In this document: positions 1 through 8,357 of the stretch, in pieces
Layout of the letters: every line of letters starts with the position of its first letter
How positions within the stretch are numbered: position 1 is the stretch's first letter
Notes under the pieces: model-generated
The model's input: only the letters and a program-made list of their open reading frames with translations
Databases searched by the model: none
What the model was told of the DNA's origin: nothing
Assembly (NCBI GenBank): GCA_964445355.1
Contig: CAYUKQ010000004.1
Coordinates: 1,028 to 65,027 of the forward strand
DNA: 64,000 nucleotides
Reading direction: 5' to 3'
Source of the DNA: an uncultured Gammaproteobacteria bacterium
Lineage (GTDB): Bacteria > Patescibacteriota > Microgenomatia > CAYQLK01
Made by a program: the position numbers and the translations under genes

Positions 1-1
1 G

Positions 2-1069
2 AGTATTCATGGTAATTTGACAGTGGTTGGTGATGCGTCTCAAGCGATTTATGCATTTCGGGGTGCAGATTTTAGGAATATTGTTAATTTTGAAAGAGAT
101 TTTAAGGATGTTGAAGTAATCAACCTGGAAGAAAATTACCGTTCGACTAATACTATTTTGTCAGCTGCTAATAGTGTAATCGCACAAAACCGAAGTCACC
201 CGGTCCTAAATCTTTGGACAAAAAACGGCGAGGGAGAATTAATAGGAATAATTCAAGCTCCGGATGAACAAGCGGAAGGAAATATTATTGCTTCAGTCAT
301 TATTAATTCCGGCAGAGACTATAAAGATTTTGCAATATTGTACAGAACTAACGCGCAATCCAGATCGATCGAAGAGTCTTTGATCAAGAACGGTGTGCCT
401 TATAACTTGGTCGGCGGAGTGAGATTCTATGATCGAAAAGAGATCAAAGATGTATTGTCGTATATGAGGATTGTGGCCAACCAGAAAGATCTGGTGGCGA
501 ATACGAGAATAATAAAATTGGGTAAGCGTAAATATCAACTGTTTGTTGCAAGGTTGGGTGAAATTAATGTTGAACTGCCCCCAGCCGAGATACTTTCTTT
601 GGTTTTGGAAATTAGCGGTTATACCGATAGATTCGACGAAAAAGATCCTGAAGATGCTGGACGGGTTGAAAATATTCGAGAACTGGCTTCGGTAGCTGAA
701 AAGTTTGGGAACTTGGATGAGTTTTTGGAAAATGTAGCATTGATGGAATCCGGGTCAGAATCTGACAGGAAAAACCGCAGCGGATCTGAGGTAACATTGA
801 TGACAATACATTCTGCTAAGGGGCTGGAGTTTCCAGTAGTTTTCTTGTCAGGCATGGAGGAAGGGCTATTCCCTCATTCAAGATCACTAATTGATCCGGC
901 GCAACTTGAGGAAGAAAGACGTCTTTGTTATGTAGGCATGACCAGAGCCAAAGAGTTACTGTTTTTGACCTATACTACGAATCGTTTATACTTTGGCGTA
1001 AGAAATAGTAGTGTACCCTCAAGATTTTTAGGCGACCTTCCGGAAGAATTGGTTAAAAATTTTGGCTAA
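2..1069 (+). CDS. UvrD/PcrA-family SF1 DNA helicase, C-terminal portion (5' end lies upstream of the window)
   Basis: The frame is open from base 2. It has helicase motif III (LTVVGDASQAIYAFRGAD) and C-terminal motifs V/VI (TIHSAKGLEFPVVFL, RRLCYVGMTRAKELL). Confidence 0.8.
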   Translation, partial: SIHGNLTVVGDASQAIYAFRGADFRNIVNFERDFKDVEVINLEENYRSTNTILSAANSVIAQNRSHPVLNLWTKNGEGELIGIIQAPDEQAEGNIIASVIINSGRDYKDFAILYRTNAQSRSIEESLIKNGVPYNLVGGVRFYDRKEIKDVLSYMRIVANQKDLVANTRIIKLGKRKYQLFVARLGEINVELPPAEILSLVLEISGYTDRFDEKDPEDAGRVENIRELASVAEKFGNLDEFLENVALMESGSESDRKNRSGSEVTLMTIHSAKGLEFPVVFLSGMEEGLFPHSRSLIDPAQLEEERRLCYVGMTRAKELLFLTYTTNRLYFGVRNSSVPSRFLGDLPEELVKNFG

Positions 1070-1092
1070 ACTTAAATTAGTAGAATTAAATA

Positions 1093-2085
1093 ATGGTAAG
1101 ACTTGCAACCAACAAGGATAAGACGAAGTTTGATAAATTCGCCGGTCACGTGATGCAGTCATGGCAATGGGGTGAATTCAGACAAGAAACTGGTAATCGG
1201 GTAATAAGGATTGTTGAAGAAGTTAAGAACGAGACTAATGTATTTACATTAACGGTTCATTCAATCCCTAAAACAAAATATTTGATCGGGTATATGCCAA
1301 AATCAACCTGGCCAAGTGACGATGTATTGAAATTCCTGCAGGACTTAGCAATGAAAGAAAATATTGCTTTTATTAAGATTGAGCCGGATGTAGAAAAAGA
1401 TAAATTTGAATTAAAAAAAACTAAAGTAAGAATCATCAAAAGCAGAAAGGATATTTTTGCAAAAAGTACATTCATCGTCGACCTTGGCAAGCCGGAAGAA
1501 GAATTATTCAGATCGCTTAATCCAAAGACCAGATACAATGTTCGGCTCGCGCAAAAAAATGCAATCAAGATAATAGTTAACGATGATATTGATGGCTTTG
1601 TAAAACTTCAAAAATTGACCGCCAAAAGGAATGGTTTTTATTTACACCCGGATAGCTATTATAAAAAAGTTTATGCCATGCTAAGTCGTCAAAATATGGC
1701 AAAAATAATTAGCGCTAAATACCAAGGGAAGTTGTTAACTTCTTGGGTTATTTTTCGATTCAAAGATACCTGGTACTACCCTTACGGCGGGTCAAGCTCG
1801 GAGTATCGTAATTTGATGCACTCCAATTTGGTCGCTTGGGAAGCAATTAAGCTGGCGAAGAATGAGGGCGGTAAATATTTTGATATGTGGGGAGCATTAG
1901 GCAAGAATCCAAACGAAAAAGACCCTTGGTATGGTTTTCATCGATTCAAGGCTGGCTACGGTGGTCGCCTGGTCGAGTATCCCGGTGCTTATGATCTGGT
2001 GGTTAACACAAAACTGTACACAATTTTAATAGCATTAGATCAGTTTCGTTGGGTATTACTTAGGTTAAAAAAAAGGGTGAGATAA
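1093..2085 (+). CDS. FemAB-family peptidoglycan interpeptide-bridge aminoacyltransferase
   Basis: 330 aa of typical FemAB/FemX length. The N-terminal Q-W-GEF-like segment and overall composition are FemAB-like. Family recognised by eye. Confidence 0.55.
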   Translation: MVRLATNKDKTKFDKFAGHVMQSWQWGEFRQETGNRVIRIVEEVKNETNVFTLTVHSIPKTKYLIGYMPKSTWPSDDVLKFLQDLAMKENIAFIKIEPDVEKDKFELKKTKVRIIKSRKDIFAKSTFIVDLGKPEEELFRSLNPKTRYNVRLAQKNAIKIIVNDDIDGFVKLQKLTAKRNGFYLHPDSYYKKVYAMLSRQNMAKIISAKYQGKLLTSWVIFRFKDTWYYPYGGSSSEYRNLMHSNLVAWEAIKLAKNEGGKYFDMWGALGKNPNEKDPWYGFHRFKAGYGGRLVEYPGAYDLVVNTKLYTILIALDQFRWVLLRLKKRVR

Positions 2086-2096
2086 ACTTCTCACCC
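2075..2096. terminator. Hairpin GGGTGAGA-taaact-TCTCACCC with an A-run on the plus strand (a T-run on the minus strand); a bidirectional intrinsic terminator candidate
   Basis: The perfect 8-bp inverted repeat is read directly. The femAB stop codon sits in the loop. Read on the minus strand, the stem is followed by TTTTTTTT. Confidence 0.6.
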
Positions 2097-2122
2097 TGTA
2101 GGTATTTGCAACTTAGAACATC

Positions 2123-2707
2123 TCAGCCTACCCGCTTCGGGAGATTTCGGCGACGAGGTTTTGGCTCTACCCGGTATTTCTGCAGGATCCGATCGACCCC
2201 TTCAACCAGTGCGCGCTTTTGGAGCGGTGGCAGGTCGGAAAAGCCGGGAGTGACCAGGGTTTGGTTTGGACGGATCTGTTGAGCGTCACTGTGCCAACCC
2301 GGGTAGTTGTCCAGCTCGTAAGCAAAGACGTCTTCGATCGCTGCGGCGATCTCGTTAATCTTGCTGTCCGGCAGGAGCTTGCGGCGTTCGTAAACAGGCA
2401 CAGGGCGGAAGGTGTTGATACGGCCTTGTGCCATTAGCCTCCAAACGCTCTGAAGCCAGTCAGTGACTTCATCGACGGCTTGTTGACGAGCAGATTGCTC
2501 ACTGGTTACTTTCATGGCAGCAGCGGCTCCACGGTGCGGATGATCTTGTCCTTCTGATCGGGACAGATGCGATCCGGACGCATCGGCATGGGCTGTCGCG
2601 GTGATGTAGGCGCGGTTGATGGTGTGGTTCGGGTCGGTGTTTGCGGTGCAGGCATACGGTTTTTCAACTCTCCTTTTTGGGCTTGTCTTCGATGCCGTCG
2701 CCATCAC
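2123..2707 (-). CDS. hypothetical protein (GC-rich island); the true start may be the internal Met (MKVTSEQ...)
   Basis: 194-aa ORF on the same strand as the 180-aa ORF and overlapping it, with a basic C-terminus (KPRRRNLPKRVG). No family recognised. Confidence 0.35.
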   Translation of the reverse strand: MMATASKTSPKRRVEKPYACTANTDPNHTINRAYITATAHADASGSHLSRSEGQDHPHRGAAAAMKVTSEQSARQQAVDEVTDWLQSVWRLMAQGRINTFRPVPVYERRKLLPDSKINEIAAAIEDVFAYELDNYPGWHSDAQQIRPNQTLVTPGFSDLPPLQKRALVEGVDRILQKYRVEPKPRRRNLPKRVG

Positions 2708-3206
2708 TGAGAAGCTCCCAGGTAGCAGGATCTTTGAGGTGTCTCCCGTCCGAGGCGGTGAACGGACGGTCGTGACTCGGTTTCAGCCAGGGCTGTACGT
2801 CGCGACTATCAGGTATCCCCAAATCGGGGAATTGAAAATCGCGAAGAAGTCTAAAGACTTTTTTGAGTAGCCCGACTCCGATATTGACCGTAGCATCCAT
2901 GCTCATGTCGCCGGTTTTGACCCTGCTCTTGATAAGCCAGAGATCGCGCTCACTGACGAGGAGTTCACGGTATTCGGATTCACATCCTTCGTAGAAGTCC
3001 CCGTTCGGCGGGACAAGCTCGTCGTACAGAAACCCCAGACGATAGAGAAGCGATTGCCATGATGATTCGTCGTCGAGATAGGTGGTCGTGCCACGTTGTG
3101 GCTCGATGTGATGAGAAACCGGGTCAGGTGGGTCGATGTTGTCCACAAGGTGGACTACTTCATAGACGTTGAGAAAAAGTCCTCGGACTTCTTCATTGCT
3201 AGACAC
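2664..3206 (-). CDS. hypothetical protein (GC-rich island, upstream gene of an overlapping pair)
   Basis: 180-aa ORF in a locally GC-rich segment with an acidic, plausible protein composition. It overlaps the downstream ORF by 44 nt. I recognise no family. Confidence 0.35.
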   Translation of the reverse strand: MSSNEEVRGLFLNVYEVVHLVDNIDPPDPVSHHIEPQRGTTTYLDDESSWQSLLYRLGFLYDELVPPNGDFYEGCESEYRELLVSERDLWLIKSRVKTGDMSMDATVNIGVGLLKKVFRLLRDFQFPDLGIPDSRDVQPWLKPSHDRPFTASDGRHLKDPATWELLSDGDGIEDKPKKES

Positions 3207-3309
3207 AGCAGGTCCTCCTTGAAAATATTAGCTTTGATGTTTTGGTTTAAGGTGCCAGAAAAGCGTGAAGCTTATACTGTTGGTCGGAATTATATACCTA
3301 ATATGCAAT

Positions 3310-6198
3310 TTAGGCTAATGAGGCGGGACAAATCTTATTAAATGGACAGTTAGTGCAACTGAATTTGTCGGGTTTTGGTGTAAAGTTTTCTGACTCTACC
3401 CCAGCTTTCACACTATTGATATCTTTGATTGCCGCCTGATAAAGTTTCTCGTCCGGTTTGCGCGAAGCATAAATATTATTTTCGACAAAATACAGCCCGA
3501 TCTCATCAGCGCTGCGATGGAATTTCTCACGATATGCCAAGGCATAAATTCTTAATTGAATCGAGCTATTCACACGCTCTTTTGCTTTTTTGAGATCAAT
3601 ATTTTCTGAAGTTTTGAAATCCATAATGGTGGTCTTACCACCCTGAGTAGTGATCAGATCAAATCGACCGGAAATAACCACGTTTTCGTGAACGAGCGTA
3701 AATTTATCTTCGATAATTAGATTGTCATAAGTAGTGAATTGGTGTTGATCGTAGAAGTTTGAAATTATTGTGTTACCTTTATTGAATATCTCAGACCGAT
3801 TTTGGCTATTGAAAAATCCAACATCTGAAAAATTGTCTTGATAAACTTTTTGCATTTCTTCGAGCGAAATTTGCTTACGTGATTTTTTTGATCGATAGAA
3901 TGCTTCTAGTGATTTGTGAACAGCAGTCCCTAATACCATTGCCCCGGTCTGGCTTTTGGGGAGATTCAAAACATAATTGTACTTATATTGAAGAGGGCAT
4001 GTTAAATAACTATTGATCGAATCTTGGTTGAGTTTAATTAGCCTACCTAAAGACGACTTCGCTGATTTTGTCTGATTAGGGATCAAAGTCAATTGTTCAT
4101 TTGAAGCAAATCGGTTGATCTTTTCAATGGCGTTTAGTTTTGCTGGTACGATCTCTAAATCCTGCTTTCCAAAAGATTCAAGTAAAAATTGTGACGGCTT
4201 CTTGGATCTTGCACCACCATAGTCTTCGGCCCAAGTCAGAAAGAGATGTTTTTTGGCTCTAGTAACCGCAACATAGAAAAGTCTTCTTTCTTCTTGTAGA
4301 TCCGCGAGTCTCGACGATGACTGTGCCTGATTCAGTAATGCTTCAGGAATAATAATTGGCTGGGATTTAGATCTGGTAGGAAAGCGGTCTGAAACTAAAT
4401 TGACAATAAAAACCGCATCAAATTCTAAACCTTTTGAGGAGTGAATGGTTAAGACATTAACCGCTTCAATCGACTGATCAAGAATGGCAGTAGTGGAAAT
4501 ATCACCAGATTCTTCGAGTAGTAGCAGAGTGGTAATGTAGTTAATAACTGAGGGATCAAGAGTTGAGGAAATGAATTCAGAAAGTTTGTCGAAGAATTTT
4601 GAAATGTTTTCAATTCTGCGAATATCTTCAACCTGGTCGGATTTTTGATATTTTTGGAAAATCTTGTGATCAACGATATATATATAGAGTAGTTCAGCAA
4701 CATTTTTTGTTGTTGAAAGGTTTGAATATTTATTAAGATCGTCAATTAATTTTTTAATTTTTTCGAGATTTTTATTGTCGATTTCAAAATCCTTAACTGT
4801 GTCTAATTGGTTTAATAGTGAAAATAATCCAATGTGCCGATTGCGTGAATACGCTGAGATTCTAATCATCAGACTCGCATCGAGGTGATAATAGTCGGAA
4901 ACAGCCAGGTGGTAGATACTTAAATCGTCTTCAAAATTAGCTAGGGATTTGAGAAAAAATATTAGATCCTGTACTTCAGAAGTTTGATATAGCGATGTTG
5001 TGCCGAAGGATTGCACGGGAACTCCAACTGCTTCGAGTGCCCTAATAAAAGGAATGGCGTGATTTGCTGCACGGGACAAAATTGCAATTTGTGAAAAATT
5101 AGTCCCCTGCTTATTAAGTTCCAGAGTTTTTTCAACCACAAGATCTACTTCGTCGGTTAGTGTGGTACCCCGAAGAACTTGAGGTTTATCTGTTGAGATA
5201 TTAGCCGTTGCAACTAATTTTTTGTTTATCCGATTAACATATTCTAGGCGGTCTGGATTGTTGTTTTGAATAACATTGTAGGCCAGGTCAAGTATTTTTT
5301 GATTTGAGCGATAATTTTTGATTAAGACAAATTCTTTGGCTTGGGGATATTTTTTTTTGAAAGATAAAATATTCGAAATTGATGCACCCCTAAATCTATA
5401 TATTGACTGGTCATCGTCTCCAACCACCGTGAGGTTTTGGTGTTTTGAGCTTAGTAAGTTGACCAGGTCGTTTTGTGCACTATTGGTGTCTTGAAACTCA
5501 TCGACAAGAATATATTTGTACATTCTCTGATACCGACTGAGAATTGAAGGGTAATTGTTAAATACTGTTCTGACTATGTAAAGTAAGTCAGAAAAATCAA
5601 CGTAATTACCAAGTCTTTTGAGTTCTTCGTATTTAATAAAACTATTGGCGAGCTCCAAATACTTTAAAGACTCGTCAGAATCTTCGATGGTGTGTGCAAA
5701 ATCCAGAAACTGTTGCGGGTTGATATTTTCTTCTTTGAGATTACTAAAAAGGGAGGTTAAATCTTTCAGAAATTTGAGGGGGTTATTCACAGGTCGGAAA
5801 TAATTAAGATTCAGATCGTAGATCCTCGAACGCAGAAATAATATTTGTTGGTTTTGAGTTAATATCCGGTAATCAGGCGATAAACCGACGTCGTAAGCAA
5901 TGTCGCGCAAAACAGAATCAGCAAATGCATGAAATGTGTATATGGAAATAGAAGAAAAAACATCAGGCAAAAGATCATAAACCCTAAAGTCCATTTCTTC
6001 TGATGCTTTTTCTGTAAAGGTTAGAGCAAGTATCTCCTCGGGAAGAGCGAGTTTTTGATCAATCAGATAGGCAATTTTTCTGGTAATTACTGCAGTCTTG
6101 CCCGTTCCGGCTCCAGCAACGATAAGAATTGGTCCTTGAGTCGTTGTAACTGCTTTTTTTTGCTCAATATTGAGTCCTTTTAGTAAGTCGCGCTTCAT
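3310..6198 (-). CDS. UvrD-like SF1 helicase fused to a C-terminal PD-(D/E)XK nuclease with a Cas4/AddB-type Fe-S cysteine cluster (AddA-like helicase-nuclease)
   Basis: Walker A (AGAGTGKTAV), motif III (VVGDDDQSIYRFRGA) and motifs V/VI (IHSSKGLEFDAVF, VAVTRAKKHLFL) are present. The C-terminus carries C-x2-C-x5-C (CTNCPFNKICP). Confidence 0.8.
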   Translation of the reverse strand: MKRDLLKGLNIEQKKAVTTTQGPILIVAGAGTGKTAVITRKIAYLIDQKLALPEEILALTFTEKASEEMDFRVYDLLPDVFSSISIYTFHAFADSVLRDIAYDVGLSPDYRILTQNQQILFLRSRIYDLNLNYFRPVNNPLKFLKDLTSLFSNLKEENINPQQFLDFAHTIEDSDESLKYLELANSFIKYEELKRLGNYVDFSDLLYIVRTVFNNYPSILSRYQRMYKYILVDEFQDTNSAQNDLVNLLSSKHQNLTVVGDDDQSIYRFRGASISNILSFKKKYPQAKEFVLIKNYRSNQKILDLAYNVIQNNNPDRLEYVNRINKKLVATANISTDKPQVLRGTTLTDEVDLVVEKTLELNKQGTNFSQIAILSRAANHAIPFIRALEAVGVPVQSFGTTSLYQTSEVQDLIFFLKSLANFEDDLSIYHLAVSDYYHLDASLMIRISAYSRNRHIGLFSLLNQLDTVKDFEIDNKNLEKIKKLIDDLNKYSNLSTTKNVAELLYIYIVDHKIFQKYQKSDQVEDIRRIENISKFFDKLSEFISSTLDPSVINYITTLLLLEESGDISTTAILDQSIEAVNVLTIHSSKGLEFDAVFIVNLVSDRFPTRSKSQPIIIPEALLNQAQSSSRLADLQEERRLFYVAVTRAKKHLFLTWAEDYGGARSKKPSQFLLESFGKQDLEIVPAKLNAIEKINRFASNEQLTLIPNQTKSAKSSLGRLIKLNQDSINSYLTCPLQYKYNYVLNLPKSQTGAMVLGTAVHKSLEAFYRSKKSRKQISLEEMQKVYQDNFSDVGFFNSQNRSEIFNKGNTIISNFYDQHQFTTYDNLIIEDKFTLVHENVVISGRFDLITTQGGKTTIMDFKTSENIDLKKAKERVNSSIQLRIYALAYREKFHRSADEIGLYFVENNIYASRKPDEKLYQAAIKDINSVKAGVESENFTPKPDKFSCTNCPFNKICPASLA

Positions 6199-6199
6199 G

Positions 6200-6224
6200 T
6201 GCTACAATCATAACACTAAGAGGA
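6200..6224 (+). promoter_or_regulatory. Extended -10 (TGcTACAAT) plus an AAGAGGA Shine-Dalgarno upstream of rmuC
   Basis: TGCTACAAT is at 6200-6208, AAGAGGA at 6218-6224 and the ATG at 6234. Confidence 0.4.
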
Positions 6225-6233
6225 AAAATACAA

Positions 6234-7343
6234 ATGTTACCCGAAACATTAATTGTAATTATTACCAGTTTTGTACTTGTTGTTGCAGTATTACTTTTGT
6301 TTTTTTGGTTGTTTAAGAAATACTTTCAGCAGAATTTTGAAGTGATTAGCGACAAGGCGATGAATAAAAACGTTAAAAATATTATCGAACTTGCCAAAAG
6401 CGAACTATCAAGTGAAAAAGAGGCAATAAATATTGACTTAAAAAATAAGCAGGACTCAATTGAGAAACTTGTTAAGGGATTACAGCAAGAAATTAATGAT
6501 CGACAAAAAGAAATTCAGCAAATGGAACAAAGCCGCAACAAAAGCTATGGAGATATCACTCGGGCGATCGCTGAGCATCAAAAAATTACTGAGGACTTAA
6601 AAGTCACTACACAAAATTTGGGCAGAGTTTTGTCAAATAATCAATCTAGAGGACAATGGGGTGAGCATATTATTGAAGGACTGCTTGAACAAGCCGGTTT
6701 AATTGAAAATATTCACTTCCTTAGACAATCACCTCTTCCAAACTCTGAGGTTAAGCCGGATATTACTTTACTGCTTCCAGGCAAAAAAGTATTAGCTGTT
6801 GATGTCAAATTTCCATATCAGGCAATACAACGTATGGTTGATGCAGAAGATCAGATTACCAGAGATACTGAGAAAAAAACTTTTAAAAGCGATGTTTCTG
6901 CAAAACTAAAACAGGTTGAAAAATATATCGACACAGAGAAAGGCACACTCGACTATGCAGTGATGTTCGTGCCTAACGAGGCGTTGTTTAGTTTTATTAC
7001 CAAAGAATTCGCAGAAGTAATTAATGAGGCATTCAAAAAAAAGATCTTAATCGTTTCCCCATTCTCTTTTATCCCGATCACAAAAACTGTTTTGGAAATG
7101 CATAAAAGTTTTACTATGGAGAATAGTTTGAGGAATTTGATGGTAATGTTTGCTGATTTTTCCAAACAATGGGGTATGTTCAAAAATGAGTTTGATAAGT
7201 TTGATAAATCAATTAAGTCGCTTCGTGATAATTATGACCAAATAAGTACGACCCGTTTTAAGGAAATGGATCGAAGAGTAAAAAAGATCGAAAGCCACAG
7301 TGTCGGACAGATTGAAAAGGAAGAAATAAAATTAATTGAGTAA
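6234..7343 (+). CDS. rmuC: DNA recombination protein RmuC
   Basis: N-terminal TM helix, a coiled-coil region and a C-terminal RmuC nuclease-like core (GQWGE...VDVKFP...DYAVMFVPNEALF). Confidence 0.75.
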   Translation: MLPETLIVIITSFVLVVAVLLLFFWLFKKYFQQNFEVISDKAMNKNVKNIIELAKSELSSEKEAINIDLKNKQDSIEKLVKGLQQEINDRQKEIQQMEQSRNKSYGDITRAIAEHQKITEDLKVTTQNLGRVLSNNQSRGQWGEHIIEGLLEQAGLIENIHFLRQSPLPNSEVKPDITLLLPGKKVLAVDVKFPYQAIQRMVDAEDQITRDTEKKTFKSDVSAKLKQVEKYIDTEKGTLDYAVMFVPNEALFSFITKEFAEVINEAFKKKILIVSPFSFIPITKTVLEMHKSFTMENSLRNLMVMFADFSKQWGMFKNEFDKFDKSIKSLRDNYDQISTTRFKEMDRRVKKIESHSVGQIEKEEIKLIE

Positions 7344-7374
7344 AATAAAATTAATTCCTTTGTTAAATTAATAA

Positions 7375-7746
7375 ATGAAAAAACCAATTGTTATTATTTG
7401 GCTAATAATATTGTTCAGCTGGTCCGGCGTGATTTGGGTGGCAAACCTTCGTAATGTTGAGGACGAAAAAAACCAAATGCTTCTGTTTGGACTGCTATTG
7501 CCGGCCATGGTTTTTTCTATATCGTTTTTGGTTTTTCTAGTAAGAATTATTCTTAGTCGGGGTCAGGATGAGAGAGTTGTTTATAAATCCAGCTTTTGGT
7601 GGACTTTATTACCAGTAAGTGCAGTATTGATTGGAATGTTTTTAAAAACAAGGCAAATGCTTGATATTGTTTACTTATTTTTACTTACGGGAATTGTGAT
7701 ATCTGGCGGAATGTTTTTAAAATTCAGCCTGAAAAGGGGCCGTTAA
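7375..7746 (+). CDS. small integral membrane protein (hypothetical)
   Basis: 123 aa with four predicted hydrophobic helices. Confidence 0.4.
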   Translation: MKKPIVIIWLIILFSWSGVIWVANLRNVEDEKNQMLLFGLLLPAMVFSISFLVFLVRIILSRGQDERVVYKSSFWWTLLPVSAVLIGMFLKTRQMLDIVYLFLLTGIVISGGMFLKFSLKRGR

Positions 7747-8243
7747 TTTAGCTTACCTTTATTGGATGGCACAATGACAATATCCTCCTGCCATCCATCG
7801 CTATTGGTGTTTAAAATATTGCCAGCATTGTCTGTTACGTGAATATCTAAGGTTATAGATTTGACATCCAATCCTGAAACATCCCATTTATAAACATATG
7901 GTGACTCGGTTAAGGTTGCAAGTTTTTCCCACTGACCTTTCGACTTGTAGAATAATTCAACATTTTTTACCCCACTTTGATCATCTGATGCTTCGACGGT
8001 AATGTTGACAGAGTTGCTATTAATGACGGATCCAGTGATTGGTGTGATTATGCGCCCCTTGGGTGCAGTGACATCTGATTCGGGTGATTTTTGGTTTTTG
8101 TTTATAGCTTGAAAGGTTAAAAATACCGCGAAGGAGAAAATTAGGACCAATACGACCAAACCGGTCAAATTAATATTTCTTTTGTTAACTTTTTGGTTCA
8201 CGGATTCGGGTGTAAGTGATGTTTTTTGTTCACTTGATTTCAT
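7743..8243 (-). CDS. membrane-anchored Ig-like/beta-sandwich domain protein (hypothetical)
   Basis: N-terminal TM anchor followed by a beta-rich extracellular segment. Confidence 0.4.
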   Translation of the reverse strand: MKSSEQKTSLTPESVNQKVNKRNINLTGLVVLVLIFSFAVFLTFQAINKNQKSPESDVTAPKGRIITPITGSVINSNSVNITVEASDDQSGVKNVELFYKSKGQWEKLATLTESPYVYKWDVSGLDVKSITLDIHVTDNAGNILNTNSDGWQEDIVIVPSNKGKLN

Positions 8244-8357
8244 ATTAGTGGAATTATAGTGTGTATTTTATCATTACTTGCAGACATAATTAGTAATGCT
8301 ATAGCAAAATAAAAAATGTGTGTATCTTTTGCTATAATTTGACTTCGAAAAAGCCTA

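Noticed and set aside
2219-2870. Two plus-strand ORFs (72 and 84 aa) lie in the GC-rich island.
   Set aside because: They are shorter than, and contained within, the longer overlapping minus-strand ORFs. High GC creates open frames on both strands, and strand assignment remains uncertain.
3310-7343. The helicase-nuclease plus rmuC pair was considered as an anti-phage defense system (Nhi- or Gabija-like).
   Set aside because: The architecture matches AddA-like repair helicase-nucleases equally well. rmuC and a second UvrD gene are ordinary repair neighbours. No defense-specific partner such as a GajA-like ATPase is present.
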